A stretch of 64,000 nucleotides of DNA from Squalus acanthias. Its lineage: Eukaryota. This document shows, in pieces, positions 22,275 to 35,395 of the stretch. The position numbers and the translations under genes are program-made. Location of the stretch: assembly GCA_030390025.1 (NCBI GenBank), contig CM059432.1, forward strand, positions 48,238,001-48,302,000, given 5' to 3'. The stretch's first letter is position 1. Each line of letters opens with the position of its first letter. A model generated the notes under the pieces. It was not told the origin of the DNA and made no database searches. It saw nothing but the letters and a program-made list of their open reading frames with translations.

Positions 22275-23716
22275 ATTTGGATGATCAGCCATGATCTCAT
22301 TGAATTGCGGAGCAGGCTCGAGGGGCCGAATGGCCTACTCCTGCTCCTATCTTCTATGATTCTATGATTCTATGAGAATGCAAGTGAGAACCAGGCTGAA
22401 TATAGAAAGTTCAGAGGGGAAGTGAAAAAGGAAATAAGAGGGGCAACGAGAGAGTCTGAGAATAGATTGGGAGCTAACATAAAAGGGAATCCAAAAGTCT
22501 TCTATAGGCATATAAATAGTAACCGGGTAGGAAGAGGGGGGGTGGGGCCAATTAGCGACCAAAATGGAGACCTACGCATGGAGGCAGAGGGCATGGCTGA
22601 GGTACTAAAGGAGTACTTTGCATCTGTCTTTACCAAGGAAGAAGATGCAGCCAAAGTCACAGTGAAAGAGGAGGTAGTTGAGATACTGGATGGGATCAAA
22701 ATTGATAAGGAGGTACTGTACTAGAAACGCTGGCTGTACTTTAAGTAGCTAAGTCACCAGGACTGGATGGGATGCATCCTAGGATGCTGAGGGAAGTAAA
22801 GGTGGAAATTGTGGAGGTACTGGCCATAATCTTCCAATCCTCCTTGGATATGGGGCTGGTGCCAGAGGACTGGAGAATTGCAAATGTTACACCATTGTTC
22901 AAAAAAGGTTGTAAGGATAAACCCAGCAACTACAGGCCAGTCAGTTTAACCTCGGTAGTGGGGAAGCTTTTAGAAACGATAATCCGGGACAAAATTAACA
23001 GTCACTTGGACACGTGTGGATTAATTAAGGAAAACCAGCACGGATTTGTTAAAGGCAAATCGTGTTTAACTAACTTGATTGAGTTTTTTGATGAGGTAAC
23101 AGAAAGGATTGATGAGGGCAATGCGGTTGATGTGGTGTACATGGTTTTCCAAAAGGCGTTTGATAAAGTGCCACATAATAGGCTTGCCAGCAAAGTTGAA
23201 GCCTGTGGAATAAAAGGGACAGTGGCAGCATGGATACGAAATTGGCTAAGTGACAGGAAACAGAGAGTCGTGATTAACGGTTGTTTTTCGGACTGGAGAA
23301 AGGTATACAGTGGTGTTCCCCAGGGGTCGGTCCTAGGCCCAATGCTTTTCTAGATATATATTAATGACTTAGACTTGGGTGTACAGGGCACAATTTCAAA
23401 ATTTGCAGATGACACAAAACTTGGAAGTATAGTGAACAGTGAGGAGGATAGTAATAGACTTCAAGAGGACATAGACAGGCTGGTGGAATGGGTGGACACG
23501 TGGCAGATGAAATTTAACGTAGAAAAGTGTGGAGTGATACATTTTGGTAGGAAGAACGAGGAGAGGCAATATAAACTAAAGGGTACAATCCTAAAGTGGG
23601 TGCATGAACAGAGAGACCTGGGGGTATATGTGCACAAATCGTTGAAGGTGACAGGGCAGGTTGAAAAAGCGGTTAAAAAAGCATACAGGATCCTGGGCTT
23701 CAGAAATAGAGGCTTA

Positions 23717-25247
23717 GGGCTCGATTTTAATAGCCCTGAGGAGGCGGGTTTGGAGGCGAGTCGGCAGCGAAAATCAGAAAAAATGGCTTCAGACTGCCAA
23801 CCTGCCTCCATCCCGTCCCCATGTGATTTTCGTGAGTGTCAGGTCAGCCGTTCCCAAACTGACCCAACGGGAACCGGTGGGACAGGTAGTTAAGGCAGTT
23901 AAGAGCCTGTTAACTGCCTTGCTAATCCTATTTTTATAGTGGTTTCCCATTTTCGTGCTTCTGGCTCCTGTTTCCCGTCTTGTCAGAAACACGCCAGCTG
24001 CAAGGAGACGAGTTTCTCGCGGACATGATTTGTAGTCATTGGTGCAGCACTTTAAAAGCGCTCCTGTAACATGGCTGACATTCAAATGCAACAACTTTGT
24101 TGTTGGAGGTTTGGGATAAGATTTTGCAAATCTACTGACCTTGTGACTGTTCAAGCTGACACCCATCTGCAGTGTTACCTGATTGGAATAATTTCAGGCC
24201 ACTTTGAGTGTGCGCTTGCAAGCTTCTTGCCTCAACTGAAATCTATAGCAGTGGGATGGGAACCATTTATATCCTCTCATCCTGGCCGTCGGATTCGGAG
24301 GAAGAGCAGCCGCGGCAGCACCACAATCAGCCACAACAGCAGCACCAGCAGCACCAACCTGCTCCTCACCCACCTGATGCTGCACTGGACACAGGGCATC
24401 AGCCCCTGAAAAAATTGCTGGCCGGGAGGCCAGCGATAGCATCACCATAGCCAGACTTTCTTCACTTGATGTTGTAAACCCTGGCTGCCACATGATGCAC
24501 CAGGTTGACACCATCCCACACCAGCACCATGAAGCATCCCTTTAATGTCAAAGCCATTCCATGCACACACATCACTATAGCGGGGCGGGGGGTGGAGGGG
24601 AGTTATGACTGAACAATCATTGGAACTCAGTAAGACACTTCTCAATGTGCGCTCAGATCTGTCCAATAAGGGGCACTTTTGGAAAAAGATATTACACTGT
24701 ATGACAACACGTTACCAGAAACTTCACATGGACATTGTCTAAACCTCTCAAGTGCCTACCCTTGTGTGTTGTTAGTTGGTATGCTTGCAGTAGGATGAGG
24801 GTGAGTATGAGGGGTGGCTAGTGAGATGGGGAAGTGATAAAGTAGATAGAGAGGGTTGGGTGGAGGTTCAAGGTAAGTTGGTGTCCTGGGGAGGTCTCTT
24901 CTGCCCTTGGAAGGGAAGAGAACCTCCCCGTGTGCTGTGACTCCCTCCATAAGCGTATGGAGGGAGTCATTGGAGAGCCTGAGTGCAAGTGTTCACATTT
25001 GTACAGTGATTGTCAGTGTTTGCAGCACTTCAATGCTGTCAAACACTACAGATCAACTATCAAAATAAAATTGTGCATGGTCCCTTTAAGGAAACTGGCA
25101 GATGACGCATCATCAAATGACATCATCAGACCTGCTTCCTGTTAATTGGCCGGTAAGCCCGCAGAGTGGAGGCAGCTGGGGGTGGGACCGGAACCCGGAA
25201 ACCAGCTGACCCGCCCCCATCCCATCTCCAGAATTAAATTTGTGGCC
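23717..25247. mobile_element. Internally deleted Harbinger element (transposase N-terminal remnant on +, Myb/SANT remnant on -)
   Basis: Interrupts the CR1 RT frame; imperfect TIRs GGCTCGATTTTAAT / ATTAAATTTGTGGCC; minus-strand MEGVTAHGEVLFP resembles the Myb ORF at 27.8-28.3 kb. Confidence 0.7.
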
Positions 25248-28004
25248 ATAAAGCACGGAAGTTATGATGGACCTTTATAAAACACTGGTTCGGCCTCAAC
25301 TGGAGTATTGTGTCCAATTCTAGGTACCGCACTTTCGGAAGGATGTGAAGGCCTTAGAGAGGGTGCAGAAAAGATTTACAAGAATGGTTCCAGGGATGAG
25401 GGACTACAGTTACGTGGATAGACTGGAGAAGCTGGGGTTGTTCTCCTTAGAGCAGAGAAGGTTAAGAGGAGATTTGATAGAGATGTTCAAAATCATGAGG
25501 GGGCTAGACAGAGTAGATAGAGAGAAACTGTTCCCATTGGCGGAAGGGTCGAGAACCAGAGGATACAGACTTCAGGTGATTGGCAGAAGAACGAAAGGCG
25601 ACATGAGGAAAAACTTTTTTACACAGCGAGTGGTTTGGATCTGGAATTCACTGCCTGAAAGGGTGGTGGAGGCAGATTTAATTGTGGCTTTCAAAAGGGA
25701 GTTGGATAACTACCTGAAAGAAAAAAAATTGCAGGGCTACGGGGAAAGGGCGGGGGAGTGGGAGTAGCTGAAGTGCTCTTGCCAAGAGCCAGCACGGGCT
25801 CGACGGGCTGAATGGCCTCCTTCTGTGCTGTAACCATTCTATGATTCTATGATTTAAAAGTTTAGTGACTGTTGTTGCACTTCATGTATCAGAATGTTCA
25901 AGCCACTTTTGCTTGTAATGCTTTATTTGTTCTCTGTACACACATTTGTCATGCCAAATAGAAAACCAGCAATAACAGTGCAAAAAAAGGGATAATCAAC
26001 TTAACTCAGTTACTGCAATCAGAGTTTTGTTCAGAAAATACAGACAGGGAGTTACTACACTACTGGATAATTTAAACCAATCATTAGAGGTTAGGTTTGT
26101 ACGTTCATGTAAACTTTTAACAGAATCCTGTTGAGTTGAATAGGGCTCATGACTGTCAACTTACTAAATCTTTTAGAAAGCAGCTTCAGTAATTCGTGAC
26201 TGTCTAATATTGTTGGAAAAATAACTCTGAAACATTCCAGCAATATGAGGAAATTGCAATAAATGCATAAAGTTATCCACAAGATCAATGCCAGTACGAT
26301 ACATATTGACAGAGTGAATAGTAGCTAAGGTAATTGCAGCAATAAATCTTTGAGCGATACCATTTGGGAATTTTGCAAAGGCTACAGATTTTATTGTACT
26401 TGTAATCTATAATCTAAACTGTTTCTAATCATTGTGTTTTACAACAACGTTTAGAAGACAAGTCTGCACACAATGCAATAACCTAAGTTTATAAGTCATA
26501 TATAAAAATATTACACAATAGACGATTTCAACCTAGTCCAAATGGCAGAAATCAGGCAGGTGGACAGTAAACGTCACCCATGGGACATAACCATCAAGGT
26601 CCTGCTTTCTTCCCGTAGGTTACTATTTTAACCTGCTTTTCTGAGCAGATGAACATGTCACCCAAAGGTAACTAGCAGGATCCTTCTTTAAATGTGCACA
26701 TTGGGCCTGACTGCTATTTTAACCAGAGGCTTGCGTGGGTTAGCGATTGCGGTTTTCCCACCAGGCCACTCTAACAGGAAGAGGAGTCGGGGCCAGAAGA
26801 GGCCCTAAAAGGTAAGTGGTTTTACTTTTTTTGTTTTAAACTTTACTTTGTGGGGCTGAGAGGCAGGACAAGCCAAGAAGAAGGAAAGTTAAGGCTTCGC
26901 CGCCCTGGGCTTTCACCTCTACCACGACCACAAGGCCCTCCCAAAGCCCTCTCAGCCACTTTCCCAAGTGCTGGGAACCTTTCCCTTGGTCCCTGGTGCT
27001 GGCCATGCTGCTTCTCACCAGTTTCAGGCAGGACCCATGCAGATGAAGCCTGTGAGTTAAAATCTCTTAGGCCTCATGCTGCCGAGGTCGGGACCATTGC
27101 TGTCCACCTCAAACCCCGCTCGCACGACTTGAGTTAAAATCAGGGCTACAGTCTGCAAAAAGAGTCTGGAAAGTAAGATGTCATTGGATCAGTAACTTCC
27201 CAACATTGCGTGCAGGCAATCCACTGCATCGAGCAGTTGGTGATCCACAGCTTTCTTTTGTAGGTTGGGCTCTGGAGGTTTCTATCTGTGCCCTCTGCAG
27301 CAAGGTTAGGATGTGAACTTGCTGTCTGGTGAGCTGGTTCCTGAGCCGTCTCATGCCCTGGCACAGTTGCTCTTGTGCTCTGTGAATCTCGCAGTGCAGA
27401 CCCCTCTAACTAACCCTCTAAAGTATGCGAGGTGTCAGTTTCTGAGGTGCTGCTTGCAACGGCAAGCTCAAGTGATGGTATATCTTCAAATTGACTGTCA
27501 TCCTCTTCCTCTGTATCAACTAGGCCCGAAACTTGCATTGGATCTTGGAAAGAGAAGCGAGTGACAAGATTTAGCAATTAGTGGCAAAGGTTAGCAGATG
27601 AATGGCAGCTCAAAACACCAGGTTGTCATGCAGAAAAGGAGGGGTGGAAAGCCATAAACCCTGGGGAAGTGTATCCTCTGGCCTCGCCAGTTGCAAAACT
27701 TCTGACCCACCCTCTGCCCATGAAATCAATGGCGGCCTCTTTCATTGCGGACAGCACTTGAAATGATGCTGGCCCTCCTCCTGTGCGCATCTGCCCACTC
27801 TTGTGTGCCAGCTTGCCCTATAAGAAGAAAGGGAGTGTGTTAGTGTGGCATGCTGAAGGGTTGTGAAGATACATGTGGCAGGGAAAAGTGTGATGGTCCG
27901 TGAAAGATGCACATGTGTGGGAAAGTGTGGGGAGTAATTGTAAGGACAGTAACAGCTGCAGAGTGTGCAGGGCTAACCAAAGAGTAAGAGATGTGAGTAG
28001 GAGT

Positions 28005-28261
28005 CTTATCTTAGCAGCTCTAGTCAGATCATTGAATCTTTTTTGGCAATGCTGCCAGGTCCCGGGTGCTATTTTACATGTATTCACCTGCTTAGCCACA
28101 TCTGACCACTGTTGCTGTGTGATTAGACTGGATACCCTTCTTCTGTGAGCCAAAAACAGGACCTCCTGCCTCCTGATGACCTCTTCTACAAGGACTTCCA
28201 TGGTGTTGTCCAAAAATTGAGGAGCTTTTGCATAACTCACAGTGAATCTTCCCTGTTCCAA
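28005..28261 (-). pseudogene. Harbinger-associated Myb/SANT-like DNA-binding domain exon
   Basis: APQFLDNTMEVLVEEVIRRQEVLF...QQWSDVAKQVN...TWQHCQKRFNDLTRAAK fits the trihelix Myb/SANT pattern of Harbinger ORF2. Confidence 0.75.
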
Positions 28262-28309
28262 GTTTCAAGTCTGAACCTTGTGTAGCTTCCAAAAGCTCTT
28301 ATAATAATT

Positions 28310-29056
28310 TGTCCATGACTACACATACCACTCTGGGTACAGGTATATTGTGTACAAGTAAAACAGGTTTATTAAGCATTAAACATCCAGTACAAAGAAG
28401 TAATACTTAACAAGGAGATAGTCACAGTCTTGTTCGTTTGAGCCTTGGCGTTCTTTCCGAGTGACTGTGGCGCGGTCTCTTTCTTCTCTTGCTGTTTTCT
28501 CTCGACTGAAGCTCGCTTCTCTTGTTTCTTGCTGTATTCTGTCGACTGAAGCTTCTTCAACTCTGGTTCGCGCTGCCTTCAGTGTTCAAAATCTTTATAC
28601 ACCTTTTTCCCTTTGCCTACGTGACTTCAAACAGCTATCCGACACCTGGTACATGTTTCATGACCTTGTTGATCCCACTAGATCTCGCTTTGTGCATATC
28701 AAAGTGCTTTTTATCTTTTGATGTTCTCTTTCCAAAGACCATTTCCCAAGAAGTTGTCTAAACAATCTGTCGATTTTATAGTGTTATCACTGAGGGGTGC
28801 TCTCTCTTCTCCAACTCTTATCTCTTTTCAATCACATTATTGAATACCACGTTCGTGATAGTCCCCCATAAACTTAGCATTACATTCCATTACTTCAGTA
28901 ATTGCAAACAGAGCGAGTTTCAGTCAGGTTAGCACAATTTCCCATCCTGCTTTTCTCTCAGCCATTCGCCATTTTATACAGGCTTTTAACATACAATTTC
29001 ACATATTATAGTTTTACAAAAATGCTTTACTAAATCATACAAATACACTTGCAACA
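28310..29056 (-). mobile_element. Possible solo LTR (~750 bp)
   Basis: Minus strand starts TGTTGCAAG, has TATAAA-like motifs and AATAAA (~28369-28374) near its 3' end, and interrupts a Harbinger remnant; no clean TSD found. Confidence 0.4.
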
Positions 29057-31084
29057 CAGTCAAAGTGCAGCTCCCCTTTATGAGGTGCAGGCTCCCTTTA
29101 AATGGCATCACTGCCGCCTAAATTCCTGCCCCCAATGGGCGAGCTGCATCATAAGTAGTGCTGACAGCTGGCCCATCATATGGAAATGAAGCATGCATCC
29201 AAAATTGGTTCATGCCTCTAACCCATGTCATTGGATGGGCGCAGCAGTCATCCTGACCACTTCACGCTCGTTTTGGGTGGAAGTAGAAGCTCTTGTCCAT
29301 ATATTTTCAAATTTAAGATAGTAACAGTTGATAAAGAACAGTAGTAAAATTTGGTTCATTGAAGGAAGCGAAGTGAAAATGAAAATAAAGTTCTTTAGAA
29401 AAAGCGTGACAAGAAATAACTCAGTATTAAAATGGACTGTACAACCAACCTGACTCCGTTCATTTTTTTGTCTTAGTTACCTTAATATCGAAGGGTAGAA
29501 CCTACATCCAATGTTTGGAAGAGCTGAGACATTGCCTCCTTACTGCTGCCACCCTCTTCCCCCACCTCCCCAACCCCCCTGCCCCCCCCCACCACTCTTT
29601 TACATGCTCGCACAATTGTTTGTTTTCCAACGTGTGAAGTTTGACTGCAGGTATCAGTCTATCTGTACAAAAGGTGCCAATGTTATGATTCAGGTGCTCT
29701 CTTGATACACATTTTTACGTCCAACACAAAATCAGTTTCCATAAGCTAGCGTTCACTTCCAATGAATCAAAACATGACTTTATGTAAAAAGTAAGCAGGG
29801 CAAACAGTTAACCCATTTTATTGTTAATATATGCACTGGAAATATGAAATCTCACCATACACTCCTGATCTATCTGACTGATAGACAAATAAAACTCTGA
29901 CAGACCATATATCACATCCTAAAAACTAGAAATTAATTTTAAGAAATAAGATTAACAGTAACAAGAATAAAGTACACTATAAAGATACTGTTTATTTTAC
30001 CCCACGCAGCATGTCTTATAGAATCAGAATTTTCAAATAGCTGCAGGTGCAGATTGCTCGTGTGTGTGGAAATAGTATCATGCACTGATCTTACCATAGC
30101 ACAGAGCTGCATTTTAAATCTGAGTCCCACTGTTGCAGGTAAATCCCTTGTGAGTAAACACTACATTTAGACTATATAGCTCGCATAGGCCTAGTTACAC
30201 ATGTCAAAATAAACATGGTAAAGATTCAACTTCTTAATAGATCTGCAGTCTGCTCCTGTCATATAAACCCAACTCCCCAAGGTAACTTTCGTCCCAGTAA
30301 AACTGCAGAAATTTCACGGTGTAAATAATATCTTGGGTTAAAGCCATTATTTATCCTGTCAGACATCGAGGTTGCCTGGCACCAAGGTGACATTAACTGT
30401 GCCTGATTTAACTCTGCTGACATCTGTCCACAATTGTTGTGTTTTCATACATAATTGAAGATATACAAACGAGAAGGAGCAATTGGAAATTGCAGTGGGG
30501 GGTACAGGAAGCAGCTGGTGATGTTCCAGGCGTTCCTCAACTGCAGCAGCCAGAGATTGGTACCATTGGTCCTGTCTTCAGAAGGGAGCTAATGAGTGCC
30601 TTCTTAGACAGCGCTAAAACTCTGCAGATTGTAAAACAGTGCACCTCTGACATCTCTGTAGCCATGCCTGACAGATTTACACAGTTGCAGTCTAGCTCGG
30701 AGCACGTGGCAACTCTGTAATCATTTGCACAGGAGTACCTAAGAACAGAAAGCCAAGCCCGAACACTAGTGATGATTTTAATTTGCTCCACCTGATGGCA
30801 ACGGTAGCAGCCCTAAAATCAGAATGCTGCACTTATCGCCTCATTCCCACTCTGATCCCACCTGCAGCCATTTTGCTCAGGGCCTTCAGAAAGGTGGCCC
30901 ATGTGCCCAACTGAAGCAGGCAGGAGCCTCATTAAAGTATGTACTTTAGAGTCCTATGATGTCAATTAGGACCCTGACACCATTTTAATGTGTGAAAGTG
31001 GAAGTAGTGTGCAATGCTGGACCCACCCAGTACCGGAATCAAACGGCAATTGGAACTGGTATTTAAAGGGGCACTTAGCACAGA

Positions 31085-32775
31085 GCTAAGCGATCCCACA
31101 ACAAATGGATCAGGTCAAAGCTCTGCAGTCCTGCCACATCCAGTCATGAATGGTGGTGGACAATTAAGCAACTAATGGGAGGAGGAGAATCCATGAACAT
31201 CCCCATCCTTAATGATGGCGGAACCCAGAACACAAGTGCAAATGATAGGGCTGAAGCATTTGCAAGCATCTTCAGCCAGAAGTTTCAAGTGGATGATCTT
31301 TTTCGGCCTTCTCCTGAGGTCCCCACCATCACAGATACCAGTCTTCAGCCAATTCGATTCACTTCACATGATATCAAGAAATGGCTGAGTGCACTGGACA
31401 CAGCAAAAGCTACATGTCCCGATAATGTCCCGGCTGTAGTGCTGGAGACCTGTACTCCAGAATTAGCCGCATCTCTAACCACGTTGTTCCAGCACAGCTA
31501 CAACACTAGCATCTACCTGACAATGTGGAAAATTGCTTAGGTATGTCCTGTCCACAAAAAGCAGGACAAATCCAAACCGGCCAATTACTGCCCTATCAGC
31601 CTACTCTCAATCATCAGCAAAGTTATGGAAGGTGTCGTCAACAGTGCTATCATGTGGCACTTGATCACCAATAACCTGTTCACCGATGCTCAGTTTGGGT
31701 TCCGCCAGGACCACTCGGCTCCAGATCTCGTTATATCCTTGGTCCAAACATGGACAAAAGAACCGAATTCCAAAGGTGAGGTGAGAGTGACAGCCCTGGA
31801 CATCAAGGCAGCATTCAACCAATTGTGGCATCAAGGAGCCCTAGTTAACCTGAAGTCAATGGAGATCAGGGGGAAAACTCTTCAGTGGTTAGAGTCATAC
31901 CTAGCACAAAGGAAGATGGTTGTGGTTGTTGGAGGCCAATCATCTCAGCCCCAGGAGTTCCTCAGGGCAGCATCCTTAGCCCAACTATCTTCAGCTGCTT
32001 CATCAATGAGCTTTCCTCCATCATAAGGTCAGAAGTGGGAATGTTCTCTGATGATTGCAGTATTCAGTTCCATTTTCGATTCCTCAGAAAATGAACCAGT
32101 CCGTGCCTGCATGCATCAAGACTTGGGCAACATCCAGGCTTGGGCTGATAAGTGGCAAGTAACATTTGTGTCACACATTGCAGGCAATGACCATCTTCAA
32201 CAAGAGAGAGTCTAACTACCTCTCCTTGAAATTACCATTGTCGAATCCCCCACCATCAATATCCTGGGGGGTTGCCATTGGCCAGAAACTCAACTGGACC
32301 AGCCACTCAAGTGCCTTGGCTACTAGAGTAGGACAGAGGTATTTTGTGGCAAGTGGCTCTCCTGATTCCCCAAAGCCTCTCCAACACGTACAAAACACAA
32401 GTCAGGGGTGTGATAGAATACTCTCCATTTGCCTGGATGGGTACTGCTGCAACAACAATCCAGAAGCTCAACACCATCCAGGACAAAGCAGTCCACTTGA
32501 TCGGCAGCCCATCGACCACCTTAAACATTCACGCCCTCCACTACTAGTGCACCGTGGCTGCAGTGTGTACTATCTACAGGATGCACTGCAGCAACTCTCC
32601 AAGGATTCTGCAACAGCACCTCCCAAACCCATGACTTCATCACCTAGGACAGGACAGCAAGTGCATGGGAACACCATCATCTACAAGACACACACAATCC
32701 CAACTTGAGTATATATTGCCATTCCTTCAGTCACTGAGCCAACACTGTGGCAGTGCCTTCACCACATGAACTGCA
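31085..32775 (+). mobile_element. LINE 3' portion (CR1/L2 group, second family), degenerate
   Basis: RT fragments AQFGFRQDHSAPD, ALDIKAAF, GVPQGSILSP, MFSDD with frameshifts. Confidence 0.85.
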
Positions 32776-32776
32776 G

Positions 32777-33195
32777 AAAGAAAAAAAATGCATTTATATA
32801 GCACCTTTCATGACCTCAGGATGTCCCAAAGCATTTTAAATTAATGAAGTACTTTTGCAGTGTAATCACTGATGTAATGCAGGGAAGCACAGCAAGGTGC
32901 CACAAATATCAATGAGATAAATGACCTGGTAATTTGTTTTGGTGTTACTGGTTGAGGGATAAATGTTGCCCAGACACTGGGCTAACTCCCCTGCTCTTCT
33001 TCAAATAGTGCCATGGGATCTTTTATGTTGACCTCAGGGAACAGATGGGAGCCACAGTTTAATGTTTCATCCGAAAGACGGCACCTGACAGTGCAGCACT
33101 CCCTCTGTATAATGTGGTCAAGTCTCAAATGGGGCTTGAACCCACGACCTTCTAATTCAGAGGTGACTGTGCTACCACTGAGCCAAGGCTGACAT
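32777..33195 (-). mobile_element. tRNA-derived DeuSINE-like SINE
   Basis: Reverse complement of the family at 58081-58547, with tRNA-like head and conserved core. Confidence 0.75.
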
Positions 33196-33519
33196 CTCGA
33201 TGATTGACACTTATCAGATTAAAGGAGAAGACTAATGGGAGAATGTTTCCATCCAACTACTCCAGCATTTTACATTCAAAAAGCATGTGGATCAGAAGAT
33301 CAATCTGGTCATCAGCTTTCCCGAGGCTGGCGCTCTGGGTACCCCCACTGCTTTTACTGGATCCACTTTGGTCACCGCCACATCAATGACGACAAGATAC
33401 AAGTCGGCAGGTATCTGTTGGAGGCAAAGGTTAGACATAAAGATAATATATTTCACTTTTAATAAAAAAAACTTAACTTCCACTTTGCTACAGTTTAAGT
33501 GCAGTGAACTGACCACCAT

Positions 33520-33845
33520 CCACCAGTCTTTCGGAAGAGACGTTAACCTGAGGTCCCGTCTGCCCTCTCAGGTGGACTTAAAAGATCCCATGGCACTATT
33601 AGAACAAGAGCAGGGAAGTTCTCCCCGGTGCCCTGGCCAATATTTAATCCTCCATCAACATCACTAAAAAAATGATCTGGTCATCGTAACATTGTTGTTT
33701 GTGGGAGCTTGCTGTGCACAAAATTGGCAGCCGGGTTTCCTACATTACAACAGTGACTACACACCAAAAAAAAGTACTTCATTGGCTGTAAAGCGCTTTG
33801 GGACGTCAGGTGGTCGTGAAAGGCGCTATATAAATGCAAGCCTTC
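33520..33845 (+). mobile_element. DeuSINE-like SINE, 5'-truncated
   Basis: Core AAAGATCCCATGGCACTATT and 3' end GCGCTATATAAATGCAAG, as in 58081-58547. Confidence 0.75.
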
Positions 33846-33879
33846 CTTCAAGTCAGATCAAGCCCAAGACTAGCTTTAA

Positions 33880-34175
33880 CTTCGCGTGCCCGTCGGTCTC
33901 CTGTTGCATCTTTGTGAAGCGGGCAGCCTCTCGGGCAGCCCACTGCGGGGGCTTTCTCGTGCGTGCGGCGCGCTGTTTGTGAGGTGGCGGAGTGGCGCAC
34001 GCGGCTGGCAGGTCATCAGTCAGCGCTTTCTTCTCAGCACCGGGCCCAGGTCCACCTGAACCTGAACCGAGTCCGGTAGCGTTCAGCCAGATTCAGTACC
34101 CAGTTTGGAAACTGCTGGAACTTCAAAAGCCCGAGTACTCGGCGTCTGAAAAAGGGAGGCTAACGTGTCGGGTGA
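33880..34175 (+). promoter_or_regulatory. CpG-rich unique segment, candidate RBIS promoter/non-coding first exon
   Basis: Dense CpG without the TIR structure of the CpG-rich MITEs, ~3.9 kb upstream of the first coding exon, which begins with a splice acceptor. Confidence 0.45.
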
Positions 34176-34204
34176 ACGTTTACCAGATCCATTACACTTA
34201 CTAG

Positions 34205-34430
34205 AAAGAAAAGAAAGACTTGCATTTTCTACAGCGCCTTGCACTACCTCAGGACGTCCCAAAGCGCTTTACAGCCACTGTTGTCAGGTAGGAAACGCGG
34301 CAGCTAATTTGCGCATAGCAAGATCCCACAAGCAGCAGTGTGATAATGATCAGATAATCTGTTTTAGTGATGTTGATTGAGGGATAAATATTGGCCAGGA
34401 CACCGGGGATAACTCCCCTGCTCCTCTTCG
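34205..34430 (-). mobile_element. DeuSINE-like SINE 3' part
   Basis: Homologous to the other copies of the family. Confidence 0.7.
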
Positions 34431-35395
34431 AATTGGTGGTACTAAGATGGTGCATTACTTAAAATTGTAAAATTCTGTTTTGTGTCAGTAAAATTAGCTG
34501 AACGTGTAATAAAGGGAAATTTTCTGCTTGTGTATTTTGCAGTGTCTGTTAATTTAAAGAATTATTTTCACTTTGTGATATTCATTAGTTGCACTTGTTC
34601 CTTATTCAACGTGATAAACTAACTAGTTTAGTTGGAGGGCAAAGACTTACTCTGAAAATGGCCCTCACCTTTAAAGACCAAATCAGCAAAGCTGTCACTG
34701 CCCACTGAAGATGTTGAGATTTTCAGTGGCAGAAATAGCATGCAGTATCTACTAAATGTGTGATGTTGTGCTTAATTTTCAGGAACACAGATCAAAGTAA
34801 CTTTTATTTAGATTGAAGTGATTGTTACAGACACTGGTTTAGTATTAGTAAGTTGGTTACCAAAGTGTTGCAATTTTTAAATTGTTTTTGTATAACTGAG
34901 GCGGTGTTAAATGTTCTGCAATCACATGAAATCTGCTGTATTGAGTTTCTGGTGCTCTTAACTATTAATAAACCTGATTTGTAATTTATAGCCTAAGTTG
35001 TATGGTTCTGATGGAGCAATCTATTGTCTCACTATTCAAAGACTAGGAGACACAAGGGCTCTTGTCAATTCTGTGAGCTGATTACAGTAACTGGGTTTCT
35101 GTTTGACCAGGGGCAACTCTACATCACCAAATATTGTGTATAATGTCCCCCCTTATTAGGAGCGAGGGCCTGCTTACAGGAGTAGCTTTTGCTGCTGGTC
35201 ATAAGGGAAAACTACAAAATACAATAATGTTTTTCATCTAATAAAAAAAGGGAATGTTCTGGTTCCTCTGTAGATTGCAGGAAATTCCAGTGTTGGTACA
35301 ATATCCTCTGATTTGATATTTTAGCACTAAGAATGAGGGATTTCAGTTATGTGGAGAAGCTAGAGAAACTGGGATTATTCTCCTTTTGAGCAGAG

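Larger units (their letters stand above)
17120..22373 (+). mobile_element. Near full-length CR1 LINE (5' UTR, ORF1, ORF2, 3' microsatellite tail)
   Basis: GC-rich 5' UTR, ORF1 zinc-finger + SGNH esterase, ORF2 APE-RT, tail TTCTATGATTCTATGATTCTATG. Confidence 0.93.
16375..25853 (+). mobile_element. CR1 LINE (host copy), interrupted by a second CR1 (17120-22373) and a Harbinger element (~23717-25247)
   Basis: APE endonuclease fragments (RKDR, IMGDFN, SDH) at 16.4-17.1 kb continue after 22374 into RT ([19 protein letters not shown]); 3' tail (TTCTATGA)n at ~25837-25853. Confidence 0.88.
26520..29290. mobile_element. Cluster of Harbinger-derived remnants
   Basis: MITE-like segment ending GTTAAAATCAGGGC (~27146), followed by a Myb/SANT remnant and CCCTTTAAAT motifs shared with other Harbinger copies here. 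Confidence 0.5.
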
